From Desulfobulbus sp. Tol-SR (GTDB lineage: Bacteria > Desulfobacterota > Desulfobulbia > Desulfobulbales > Desulfocapsaceae): a stretch of 64,000 nucleotides of DNA. Below, one piece after another: positions 49,322 through 58,262 of this stretch. The position numbers and the translations under genes were made by a program. A model generated the notes under the pieces. That model was not told the DNA's origin. It saw nothing but the letters and a program-made list of their open reading frames with translations, and made no database searches. Numbering within the stretch: position 1 is the first letter of the stretch; each line of letters starts with the position of its first letter. The DNA is taken from positions 2,877 to 66,876 of the forward strand of contig JROS01000011.1 in assembly GCA_000769715.1 (NCBI GenBank), read 5' to 3'.

Positions 49322-52027
49322 CTAAGCACGCGGGCCGGCGGCGGCAAGGGACTCCGGAGGAAAGGTCCGGCGCAGGAGGGCGATTTCCTCCTCGCGGTTG
49401 TGGACCCGGTCGTCCAGCCGGGCGTCGAGGAGGTCGTTGAGGATCATCTTGAATTCCGGACCCGGTCGGTAGCCGAGGGCCATCAGATCGTCCCCGGTCA
49501 GATCGGCACGGGTGTAGCGCAGTTTGGTGACGTAGTTCGATACGGCCTTCTTCACCTGGTTCTTGCGGGCCAGGGCCATCAGGTAGAGCAGTCCCTCGAT
49601 GCTCAGTTCCTTCAGGAGCCAGTAAATCTCGCTGTTGGCGATGATGGCTCGTCTCGACAGCAGGTTGGCCGTCTTTTCGGCATGGGTTTTCTGCCAGAGG
49701 AGACGGTCGGCAATTTTCTGGGGAACCTGGAACCGGCTGCAGAACGCGGTCAACACCTCTTCCGGTGATCTGCTCATGATGGCGAGGAGGTAGACCATCC
49801 AGTTGTGGTAGGGTTCGTCGAGGTAGAGCAGGCGAAACCAGGAGATGGCCCTCTGTGTTTGGTGCAGGATATGGAGGAAGCGGCGGTCGATCTTGAGGTG
49901 GGGTTTGAGTTCCGGCCAGAGGAAAGGGAAGAGATTGAATTCGGCCAGCCGCTGGATGGCCGGGACGGGGTCCTCCTCGGAGAGAATCTGTTTGAGCTCG
50001 GAGAAGAATCGCGGATCGTCGGTCTTGCCGAAGAGCTGCATGCTCACCGCATTATGCATCAACCGCCGGGTATGGGGGGCAATTTCGAAGGCCATGCGCG
50101 CCTCGAAGCGGATGGCCCTGAATATCCGGCTGGGATCCTCGACGAAGCTGAGATTATGCAGGACCTTGATCGATCGGTGGTTGAGGTCGTTCTGGCAGTT
50201 GAAAAAATCGATCAGGGTGCCGAAATGTTCGGGGTTGAGCTGGATGGCCATCGCGTTGATGGTGAAATCGCGGCGGTAGAGATCGAGTTTGATCGACGAC
50301 AGTTCGACGGTCGGCAGCGCTGCCGGGTATTCGTAATACTCGAGCCGGGCGGTAGCGACATCGATCTTGGTTCCGTTCGGCAGCATGACCATGGCGGTCC
50401 CGAAGCGTTCATGGGTCTTGATCCGTCCCTGCAGAATTCCGGCAAGCTTTTTGGCGAACCGGATACCATCCCCTTCGATGACGATATCGAGATCGAGGTT
50501 GCTCTTCTTCAGCAGCAGATCCCGGACGAAGCCGCCGACGGCGAAGGCGTTGAACTGCAGTTCGTCGGCGACCGCACCGATCTTCTGCAGCAGTTCGATC
50601 ATCGGTTTGTTGAGGCATTCGACAATGATCGAGTTCAGGTTGCGTTTGCGCTCGAGAGACGGGTGCTCCGATTCGTGGAGCAGGTCCTTGGGCAGGTGAG
50701 CGGGGTCGTTGACCAGGCGGTTGAGCAGATCGGTACGGGTAATGATGCCCTGGAGGACACCGTTGTCGACGATCGGGATCAGCCGCTGGCGATGCTCGAT
50801 GATCAGCTCCTGGATATCGGCGAGGGTCGCGTCGGCCGTCAGGGTGGCGATATCCGAGGTCATGTAGGCGCTGACCGGCAGGCCGCCGAGATCATGGTGG
50901 ATGGCCTTTTCCACCACCATGCGCGAGATGATGCCGAGTATGGCCCGGGGGGGTGGGGTTTGGCCTGGTTCGGCAACGGCGAGCGGCGACAGGACCGGCA
51001 TGGCGGTGATGCTGTAGCGGGTCAGGATCTCGTTGGCCTTGGCGATCGTCGTGTCGGCGGGGATGGTGATGGCCGGCTTCGACATCATCTCCCGGGCGAT
51101 CGGCTGGGGCAGGACGTGGCGGTGGAGGGTGTGGATGAGTTTTTCCTGGGCCTCGGTCAGGGTCATGTCGCGCAGGGTGGCCGAGGCGGCCGTGGCATGG
51201 CCGCCGCCGCCGAGATCGCGGGCGATGATGCCGACATTGACCTCGGCGATGCGGCTGCGGGCGATCAGGTAGATGCGGTCGGCCATCGAGATCAGGGCGA
51301 ACAGGGTGTCGAGGTTCTCCATGTGCATGAATCGCCTTGCGATCATGGCAAAATCATCGACATAGGCTGGTAGCGACAGGGTGACGACGACGATCGGGAT
51401 CCCCTGGATGGTGTACTGGATCGCCGTCTTCATCAGGCTGTGGAGCAGCTCGACCTGGCTGGAGGTCAGGTCGTAGGTGATGAACTGGGCGATGATATCG
51501 AGCTTGGCTCCTTTTTCCAGCAGCCAGGCGGCGGCGATGAGATCGTCGGGAGTGGTGGTGAGATGGGTCAGGGAACCGGTATCCTCGTAGATACCGAGGC
51601 CGAGAATGGTCGCCTCTTCCACCGAGATGTCAATGTCCCGCTTTTTCAACTCTTCGATGAGGATGGTCGTGGTCGATCCGACATCGCGTATGATCTCGAT
51701 CTCACCCCGCAGGTCGCCGGAGGCCGCCGGGTGATGGTCGTACAGGTGCACCTTGATGCCGGGGTTGGCGAGGCAGGCGGCGAGGTGGCCGATCCGCTCG
51801 GACGACCGGGTGTCGACGACAATCAGGGTATCGACCCTGGCCAGGTCGATATTTTTGGTCTTCTGAAATTCATAGCGGTAAAGCAGGGTCTGCGAGATGA
51901 ATTCCCTGACGTTTTTTTCCTGCGATCCGGGAAAGGTCAGCAGGGCGTCGGGATAGAGCTTCTGGGCGGCAATCATCGAGGCCAGGCTGTCGAAATCAGC
52001 GTTCAGGTGAGAGGTGATGATGCGCAT
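49322..52027 (-). CDS. Multidomain DHH/DHHA1 - CBS pair - polyA polymerase/CCA-adding nucleotidyltransferase-family protein
   Basis: Start at MRIITSHLNADFDS (ATG 52027). A DHH motif is followed by CBS-like repeats, then GGFVRDLLL...DLDIV (the head domain of tRNA nucleotidyltransferase/polyA polymerase). Confidence 0.85.
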   Translation of the reverse strand: MRIITSHLNADFDSLASMIAAQKLYPDALLTFPGSQEKNVREFISQTLLYRYEFQKTKNIDLARVDTLIVVDTRSSERIGHLAACLANPGIKVHLYDHHPAASGDLRGEIEIIRDVGSTTTILIEELKKRDIDISVEEATILGLGIYEDTGSLTHLTTTPDDLIAAAWLLEKGAKLDIIAQFITYDLTSSQVELLHSLMKTAIQYTIQGIPIVVVTLSLPAYVDDFAMIARRFMHMENLDTLFALISMADRIYLIARSRIAEVNVGIIARDLGGGGHATAASATLRDMTLTEAQEKLIHTLHRHVLPQPIAREMMSKPAITIPADTTIAKANEILTRYSITAMPVLSPLAVAEPGQTPPPRAILGIISRMVVEKAIHHDLGGLPVSAYMTSDIATLTADATLADIQELIIEHRQRLIPIVDNGVLQGIITRTDLLNRLVNDPAHLPKDLLHESEHPSLERKRNLNSIIVECLNKPMIELLQKIGAVADELQFNAFAVGGFVRDLLLKKSNLDLDIVIEGDGIRFAKKLAGILQGRIKTHERFGTAMVMLPNGTKIDVATARLEYYEYPAALPTVELSSIKLDLYRRDFTINAMAIQLNPEHFGTLIDFFNCQNDLNHRSIKVLHNLSFVEDPSRIFRAIRFEARMAFEIAPHTRRLMHNAVSMQLFGKTDDPRFFSELKQILSEEDPVPAIQRLAEFNLFPFLWPELKPHLKIDRRFLHILHQTQRAISWFRLLYLDEPYHNWMVYLLAIMSRSPEEVLTAFCSRFQVPQKIADRLLWQKTHAEKTANLLSRRAIIANSEIYWLLKELSIEGLLYLMALARKNQVKKAVSNYVTKLRYTRADLTGDDLMALGYRPGPEFKMILNDLLDARLDDRVHNREEEIALLRRTFPPESLAAAGPRA

Positions 52028-52118
52028 CGCAGAAGGAGTCAGGCTGGTTGTTGACGGTCGGTTGTAGCGGAATATCCTGCTATTGTATACCAATGCAGAC
52101 GGGAATAGCCATCGGAAA

Positions 52119-53036
52119 TCAGCCCCGGGGATGGTATTTGCGATGAATCGATTTCAGCCGATCCTGGTCGATATGGGTATAGATCTGGGTCGTGGTGATG
52201 TCGGAGTGGCCAAGCATCATCTGCACCGAGCGCAGGTCGGCGCCGTGGGCCAGGAGATGGGTGGCGAAGGAGTGGCGGATCATGTGCGGCGAGATATCCT
52301 TGGTGATCCCGGCGGCGATCGCCGTTTTCCTGAGGATCTGCCAGAACCGTAATCGGGTCATGGCCGTACCTCTGGCGGTGACAAAGAGAAAATTGCTGCG
52401 TCGACCGCCCAGGATCAGGGCCCGACCCTGTCGAAGGTAGGTCTCGATCTGTTCCCTCGCCTGGATGCCGAAGGGGATGAGTCGTTCCTTGCCGCCCTTG
52501 CCGAAGACCCGGACAAACCCGGAGGCGAGATTACAGGCGGCAAGCGGCAGGCTGACCAGTTCCGAAACGCGAAGGCCGGTGGAGTAGAGGAGAAAGAGCA
52601 TGGCTCGATCGCGGCAGGCAAGCGGCGAGGTGACCGCCGGTGGCGCCAGCAGTTTGTTGACCTCGGCCAGGGAAAGGGCCTTGGGCAGGATCTGCCCGCT
52701 TTTCGGCAGATCGATGATTGCAAAAGGGTTGCGGTGGACCTGGTCGACCCGGACCAGGAAGGAGAAGAAATGTCTGAGGGCGGAGATGCGCCGGGCGTTG
52801 CTGCGATGGCCGATACCGTGCACCCGTGCCTGTTCGAGAAATTGATGGATGACCGGGATGTCGACCAGTTCGAGATCGGCTATCGATGCGCGCCAGATAA
52901 AGTTCAGGAAGAAATCGACGTCAGCGGCGTAAGCCTTGACGGTGTTTTCGGCAAGACGCCGCTCGGAGATGAGATAGTGGAGAAATGATTCGGCGACGGA
53001 GGAAAGATGTTCGGGGAGGCGTGAAGGTTCGATAAT
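52119..53036 (-). CDS. xerD: Tyrosine site-specific recombinase XerD-like; 5' end uncertain (no canonical start for the N-terminal domain)
   Basis: The catalytic C-terminus carries R..HxxR..Y (RHSFATHLL, LGHSDITTTQIYTH). The open frame continues upstream of the first canonical start (GTG 52823) through LSSVAESFLHYLISERRLAENTVKAYAADV, which is a core-binding domain. Confidence 0.8.
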   Translation of the reverse strand: MIEPSRLPEHLSSVAESFLHYLISERRLAENTVKAYAADVDFFLNFIWRASIADLELVDIPVIHQFLEQARVHGIGHRSNARRISALRHFFSFLVRVDQVHRNPFAIIDLPKSGQILPKALSLAEVNKLLAPPAVTSPLACRDRAMLFLLYSTGLRVSELVSLPLAACNLASGFVRVFGKGGKERLIPFGIQAREQIETYLRQGRALILGGRRSNFLFVTARGTAMTRLRFWQILRKTAIAAGITKDISPHMIRHSFATHLLAHGADLRSVQMMLGHSDITTTQIYTHIDQDRLKSIHRKYHPRG

Positions 53037-53066
53037 CTCGTGAAATGCGCTGCCGAAGGTTTGATA

Positions 53067-53107
53067 CGGATTATGAGGTCCGGCGCGGGGCCGGACCTCA
53101 TAATCCG
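53067..53107. repeat. Perfect 18-bp stem / 5-nt loop inverted repeat between rpsU and xerD
   Basis: CGGATTATGAGGTCCGGC (53067-53084) is fully complementary to GCCGGACCTCATAATCCG (53090-53107). No U-tract follows on either strand. Confidence 0.8.
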
Positions 53108-53114
53108 GCGAGAA

Positions 53115-53309
53115 TCAGAGCGATTTTCTGATGCGATTGAACTTGCGGAGCTTTCGGCGGGCTTCCGCCTCTTTGCGACGTTTTTTGACGCTTGGCTTTT
53201 CGTAATACTCCCGGCGTTTCAGTTCTCGTTTGATGCCGTCAATCTGCAGTTTTTTCTTCAGCTGTCGTATGGCGTACTCGAGATCGCCGCGAACTTCCAC
53301 TTCAATCAT
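53115..53309 (-). CDS. rpsU: 30S ribosomal protein S21
   Basis: 64 aa from MIEVEVRGDLEYAIRQLKKK (ATG 53309, GGAGC RBS). It has the RREYYEKPS motif. Confidence 0.9.
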   Translation of the reverse strand: MIEVEVRGDLEYAIRQLKKKLQIDGIKRELKRREYYEKPSVKKRRKEAEARRKLRKFNRIRKSL

Positions 53310-53513
53310 CTGGGGGCTCCGTTGAACGAATTGGTTTCCTGGAACTGACGGTAAGAACCGCAAGAGCGAGTCAGACCAGACATAATTTCATGACATGAAA
53401 CCTGTTATATAAAAACCAGAGCATTTTCTGTCAATGCATTTCTTGGCCGAAGGTCACCAATCGTCCAGGCGAACCTGCCCTGTATTTCGAGCGGATAGCA
53501 CGGAAAGCGTCGA

Positions 53514-54899
53514 TTATGCGTTTTTTTGGGGAAATATCTTGCCGGGATTGAGGATGTTCTGCGGATCGAGGAGATGTTTCAGGTCTTGCATCAGCTTGAT
53601 GGTGGCCTCATTGAGTTCGAGTGACAGGAAGGGGGCCTTGCTGAGACCGATGCCGTGCTCGCCGGAGAGGGTGCCGCCCAGGGCGATCGCCTGGCGAAAC
53701 AATCGGTCTTTGGCGGATTCCCCGCGTCGCAGCTGTTCCGGGTCGTCCTTGTCGAGCATGATATTGACATGGATGTTGCCGTCACCGGCATGGCCGAAGG
53801 TCAGGATCGTCAGACCAAGCTCTGCCGAGAGCTGCTCGGTGAAGGCGACCAGGTCGGGGATACGGGTCCGCGGCACGGCCACGTCTTCGCTGATTTTGTG
53901 CGGACTGAGATTGAAGGTGGCGGGCGAAATCGAACGCCGTGCCTGCCACAACTCATCGACCTCGGCCTGGCTGGCGGCATGGTGGCAGCGGCAGTCCGGT
54001 TCGGCCGCGAGCAGGGCCTTGAGACGGACCGTCTGGTGGTCGACGGTCTGGCGGTCGCCGTCCAGTTCGATGAGCAGCAGGGCCTCGGTGCCCGGCGGCG
54101 GAGGCGCCGACAACCTGTCGGTGACGACCCGGATGGCGGTTCGGTCCATGTACTCAAGGGTGCAGGGGCGGATGTTGCTGTTGAGGATTTTGGCCACCAG
54201 GGCGGTGGTGCGGGCCAGTGACGTCGAGGTGACGAGGAATGTCTCCTTGTGCTCCGGCAGGGGGAGGAGGCGGAGGATGAGCCTGGTGATGATCCCCAGG
54301 GTCCCCTCGGACCCGATGAACAGCCGGGTCAGGTCGTACCCTGTCACCCCTTTTTCGGTGCGGGTTCCGGCGGTCACAATGTCCCCTGAGGCGAGCACCG
54401 CCTCCAGGCCGATGACGAAGTCCTTGGTGACCCCGTATTTGACGGCCGAGGGGCCTCCGGCGCATTCGGCGGCATTGCCCCCGATCGTGCAGAATTTCAG
54501 GCTGGCGGGATCCGGGGGGTAGAAGAGTCCGAATTGCCGGACCGCCTTCTGCAGGTCGCCGGTTATGACCCCGGGTTCGACGATGGCGATCTGATTGGCG
54601 GCATCGATCTCGACGATCCGGTTCATCCGGCTGAGGGCGAGGACGAGGCCGCCGCGGGCCGGGACCGACCCGCCGGTCATGCCGGTGCCGGCGCCCCGCG
54701 GCACCACCGGAAACCCGTATTCGGAGGCCAGGCGCATGATGGCGGCGACCTCGGTGGTTGCCGCCGGAAAGGCTACGGCCTCGGGCAGAAAGATTTTTCC
54801 TGCACCGTCGAAGGAATAGCAGTGCAGATCTTCCCGTCGCGTCGTACAGAAGCCGGGGCCGACAATAGCTGCAATTTTTTTAATGATAATCGGGTTCAT
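53514..54899 (-). CDS. FAD-linked oxidase (GlcD / D-lactate dehydrogenase family)
   Basis: 461 aa from MNPIIIKKI (ATG 54899). It has the FAD_binding_4 region (VVPRGAGTGMTGG) and a C-terminal GTLSGEHGIG. Confidence 0.9.
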   Translation of the reverse strand: MNPIIIKKIAAIVGPGFCTTRREDLHCYSFDGAGKIFLPEAVAFPAATTEVAAIMRLASEYGFPVVPRGAGTGMTGGSVPARGGLVLALSRMNRIVEIDAANQIAIVEPGVITGDLQKAVRQFGLFYPPDPASLKFCTIGGNAAECAGGPSAVKYGVTKDFVIGLEAVLASGDIVTAGTRTEKGVTGYDLTRLFIGSEGTLGIITRLILRLLPLPEHKETFLVTSTSLARTTALVAKILNSNIRPCTLEYMDRTAIRVVTDRLSAPPPPGTEALLLIELDGDRQTVDHQTVRLKALLAAEPDCRCHHAASQAEVDELWQARRSISPATFNLSPHKISEDVAVPRTRIPDLVAFTEQLSAELGLTILTFGHAGDGNIHVNIMLDKDDPEQLRRGESAKDRLFRQAIALGGTLSGEHGIGLSKAPFLSLELNEATIKLMQDLKHLLDPQNILNPGKIFPQKNA

Positions 54900-55037
54900 C
54901 GGGGTAATATACAGAGGGTCCGGTCGTGACGTGCAGCCGGCGGGGAGCACCGGGACGTGGTCGGTCCGGTGATACGGATCGTGGTTGAGAATTGATACCG
55001 ATTAACATAAGGATTGTCGGCAATGCAAGGACAAAAG

Positions 55038-55976
55038 ATGCGAATCGCCCTCCTCGCCGGAGGGACTTCGGGGGAGCGGGCGGTATCATTGAATGGGGCG
55101 GCGGAAGTGGAAAGGGCCCTCGATCCAGGGCGGTTCCAGGTCAGAAGATACGATCCCGCCTGTGATCTGGCGAAACTGGTGGGCGATGCCGGCGAGATCG
55201 ATTTCGCCTTCATCCTGCTCCATGGCCTCAACGGCGAAGACGGGACGGTGCAGGGGATGCTCGATCTGCTCGGCATCCCTTATCAGGGTTCAGGAGTGCT
55301 CGGTAGCGCCATCGCCATGGACAAGTACCTGTCCAAGGAACTGTATCGGCTCCACGGCCTGCCGGTCGCCGACTGTGTGATCATCCGGCCGGGGGAGGGC
55401 GGCAGCCTCCAGGGGATTGTCGACCGGCTCGGCCTGCCCGTGATCGTCAAGCCGGTCCGCGAGGGCTCGAGCCTGGGGTTGACCATCGCCGGGTCGGTCG
55501 AAGAGCTGCAAGCCGGGATCGAGACGGCGAAAAAACATGACCGGCAGGTCATGGTCGAGCAGTTTATCAAGGGTCGTGAGATCACCGCCGCCGTCCTCGG
55601 CAACGACGACCCGACGGCCCTGCCGCTGATCGAGATCATCCCCGGCGAAGGGTTCGCCTTCTTCGACTATACGGCCAAATACCAGCCGGGCGCCTCACGG
55701 GAGATCTGTCCCGCCCCGATCAGTTCCGAGCTGACGGCAGAGGCGCAGCAGTATGCCCTGGCCGCCCATGCGGCCCTGCGTCTGCGGGGATATTCCCGGA
55801 CCGACATGATCCTCGACGAAGCCGGACGGTACTTTCTCCTCGAGACCAACACCATCCCGGGAATGACCGCCACCAGCCTGATGCCGCAGGCAGCGGCGAA
55901 GCATGGGCTCGATTTCCCGCAGTTCCTCGAGCGGTTGATCGAACTGGCTGTCGAGGACCGGAAGACGCAACGGTAG
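55038..55976 (+). CDS. ddl: D-alanine--D-alanine ligase
   Basis: About 312 aa from MRIALLAGGTSGEREVS-like (ATG 55038). It has GEDGTVQG, an ATP-grasp region and LETNTIPGMT. Confidence 0.9.
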   Translation: MRIALLAGGTSGERAVSLNGAAEVERALDPGRFQVRRYDPACDLAKLVGDAGEIDFAFILLHGLNGEDGTVQGMLDLLGIPYQGSGVLGSAIAMDKYLSKELYRLHGLPVADCVIIRPGEGGSLQGIVDRLGLPVIVKPVREGSSLGLTIAGSVEELQAGIETAKKHDRQVMVEQFIKGREITAAVLGNDDPTALPLIEIIPGEGFAFFDYTAKYQPGASREICPAPISSELTAEAQQYALAAHAALRLRGYSRTDMILDEAGRYFLLETNTIPGMTATSLMPQAAAKHGLDFPQFLERLIELAVEDRKTQR

Positions 55977-56015
55977 GCCGCCGGTCGAGACAGGGGACGG
56001 CCGTGTCCGCAGCCG

Positions 56016-56882
56016 TCAGACGACGATCCGTTCCGGGGCGTTGAAGACGTTGAGGCGGTCGGGTCGGGCATAGGCCCCCAGGGTCAGTCCGGCCTGTCGG
56101 GCGATGGCCAGGCCGAGCGAGGAGGGGGCTGTGCGCGACAGCACGATCGGGATCCCCATCCGGGCGCACTTCAGCACCATATCCGAGGTCAACCGGCCGG
56201 TCGTATAGATGGCCCCCCGGATCGGCGCCTTGCCGAGGAGAATCGCTCCCAGGACCTTGTCGACGGCGTTGTGACGGCCGACGTCTTCATAGTAGACCAG
56301 GATTTCACCATCGGCCCAGAGCCCGCAGCCATGGACGCAATGGGTCTCCTGGCCGAGGGTCGAGATCCGGGGGGCCTGGGTGATGAAGTCGCGCAACTCC
56401 TCGAAGGGGAGGGTGTATTCCTGCAGCGGCTCGAAGGCCCCCTCCAGCATTTCCCGCGGTATCTTGCCGGTGCCACCGCAGCCGGAGGTGATGATGACCT
56501 CTTTCGGGCGGGTCGATACAACATCGGCATACACGGATATTCTGCCTTCCGGGCAGACGATCACCTCCTTCACCTCCTCCGGCGTTCGGATATACCCCTG
56601 GCCGAAGAGAAAGCCGACCCCGAATTCGGCCAGGCCGACAGGCAGGACCATCGAGGCGCCGATGGTTTCGTCGTTCAACGCCACGGTATACGGTGTTTCA
56701 ATGGCCAGTTGCTCTTCCTGCCGGTGGCTTCCCTGGGGGGTGACTACCGTCGTCAGGTGGGTCAGGGTGACGTTGTTTTTCATGGTATTGCAGTCAATGG
56801 CTTGAATGATCACGGGCTGAATCAAGAAGGTGCTCTCATCGAAAAGAGAGTACATCCTATAGAGACTCGGTGTCGATTTCAA
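56016..56882 (-). CDS. fdhD: Formate dehydrogenase accessory sulfurtransferase FdhD
   Basis: It has SGCGGTGK, GRHNAVDK and SRTAPSSLG motifs. The exact start is uncertain (several in-frame Met codons). Confidence 0.85.
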   Translation of the reverse strand: MKSTPSLYRMYSLFDESTFLIQPVIIQAIDCNTMKNNVTLTHLTTVVTPQGSHRQEEQLAIETPYTVALNDETIGASMVLPVGLAEFGVGFLFGQGYIRTPEEVKEVIVCPEGRISVYADVVSTRPKEVIITSGCGGTGKIPREMLEGAFEPLQEYTLPFEELRDFITQAPRISTLGQETHCVHGCGLWADGEILVYYEDVGRHNAVDKVLGAILLGKAPIRGAIYTTGRLTSDMVLKCARMGIPIVLSRTAPSSLGLAIARQAGLTLGAYARPDRLNVFNAPERIVV

Positions 56883-57049
56883 CTGTTTAGGACGATGCGC
56901 CCGTCTTTCGGCGGCTTTTTCTTGGTAGTTGTGCCTCTCCGATGGATATTGTACTCTTGAAAATGGTGCGGCGGCTCTTGCGCATCAAGCGGTAAAATTT
57001 CCGGGGTGGAGGGATTCGGGGCGATGCGGGGACAGTCGGGGGAGTCGAA

Positions 57050-58234
57050 ATGTTTCTAGCTGGTATCATCAGGACGGTGGTCAGGACACGAGCGATGATG
57101 GTTGCCATCCTCGCGTTTGCGTCTGCCCTCCCTGCCGGGGTGCGGGCGCAGGCCGTGCATACGGAACAGGTCCCCATTGTCCTGGGACAGTCGTGCGCCC
57201 TGACCGGCCCGTCCAAGAATCTCGGCCTTGAATTGCGGGCGGGCCTGCTGGCCGCTTTTTCCAAGGTCAATGATGATGGGGGCATAGGCGGCAGGGATAT
57301 TCTGCTTGTCAGCCGCGATGACGGGTACGAGCCTGATCGCGCGGTCCGCAACACCAGGACCTTTATCCAGGATGAGTCGATATTCATGTTGATCGGCGAG
57401 GTCGGGACCCCGACCTCGAATGCCGTTCTCCCGTTGATCGAGGAGTACAAGATCCCGTTTTTCGCGCCGTTCACCGGCGCCGAGGTCCTGCGGCAGCCGT
57501 TCCGCCAGTATGTCATCAATGTTCGCGCCAGCTATTATCAGGAGATGGAGAGGCTCGCCTCCTATCTCATCGAAAAGAAAAAAATTACAAAAATCGCCTG
57601 CTTTTACCAGGATGACAGCTATGGTCTTGATGGTCTGAAAGGAATCGAACTGGCCCTGGCACGACGCGGCCTGCGTCTGGTATCGAAGGGGAGCTATGAA
57701 CGGAATACCGTTGCCGTTCTGCGCGGTCTGACCGATGTCCTCCAGGCCGACCCGGAGGCGGTGGTCCTGGCCGGGACCTACTCGGCATGTGCCGAATTCA
57801 TCAAACTCAGCAAGACCAGGACGTCCAAACGGCTGCTGTACTGCAACATCTCCTTTGTCGGTACCGAGAGCCTGAAGGACGCCCTCGGCCGTTACGGCAG
57901 CGATGTCATCGTCTCCCAGGTCGTCCCTTATCCGCTCGACACCGAAGTTCCCCTGATCCACGAATATACCGACGCGATGGAAAAGTACCAGCACGACGCC
58001 CCGATCAGTTTTATCTCGCTCGAGGGATATATGGCCGGCAAGCTGTTCGCGCAGATCGCGACCATGGTGCCGGGCGAGTTGACTCGGGAAAAATTCATCT
58101 CGACGATGGAACAGGTGGGCACCTTCGATCTGGGAGGGGTGACCCTGCAGTTCGGACCGAAGGACCACCAGGGCATGGATACTATCTATCTGACCGAGAT
58201 AAATCCTGATCTGAAGAAGGTGGTAAAGGAGTGA
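57050..58234 (+). CDS. Periplasmic substrate-binding protein, LivK/type-1 PBP family
   Basis: 394 aa with a signal peptide. IVLGQSCALTGPSKNLG...DDGYEP is typical of Leu/Ile/Val-binding-like proteins. Confidence 0.85.
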   Translation: MFLAGIIRTVVRTRAMMVAILAFASALPAGVRAQAVHTEQVPIVLGQSCALTGPSKNLGLELRAGLLAAFSKVNDDGGIGGRDILLVSRDDGYEPDRAVRNTRTFIQDESIFMLIGEVGTPTSNAVLPLIEEYKIPFFAPFTGAEVLRQPFRQYVINVRASYYQEMERLASYLIEKKKITKIACFYQDDSYGLDGLKGIELALARRGLRLVSKGSYERNTVAVLRGLTDVLQADPEAVVLAGTYSACAEFIKLSKTRTSKRLLYCNISFVGTESLKDALGRYGSDVIVSQVVPYPLDTEVPLIHEYTDAMEKYQHDAPISFISLEGYMAGKLFAQIATMVPGELTREKFISTMEQVGTFDLGGVTLQFGPKDHQGMDTIYLTEINPDLKKVVKE

Positions 58235-58262
58235 GAGCGGCGATGTTGATGGACCAGCCCCG

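Noticed and set aside
49805-51373. 522-aa + strand ORF. Similar cases are 58875-60686 (minus strand), 57056-58273 (minus strand) and 15166-16632 (minus strand).
   Set aside because: All are antisense to motif-rich genes (the DHH-CBS-nucleotidyltransferase, the histidine kinase, the binding protein and the MFS gene). Their composition is typical of GC-rich antisense frames.
52119-53036. Tyrosine recombinase as a marker of an integrated mobile element
   Set aside because: The catalytic-domain sequence is XerD-like (LGHSDITTTQIYTH). The gene sits between rpsU and housekeeping genes. I saw no flanking tRNA, direct repeats or phage/IS genes and no compositional break.
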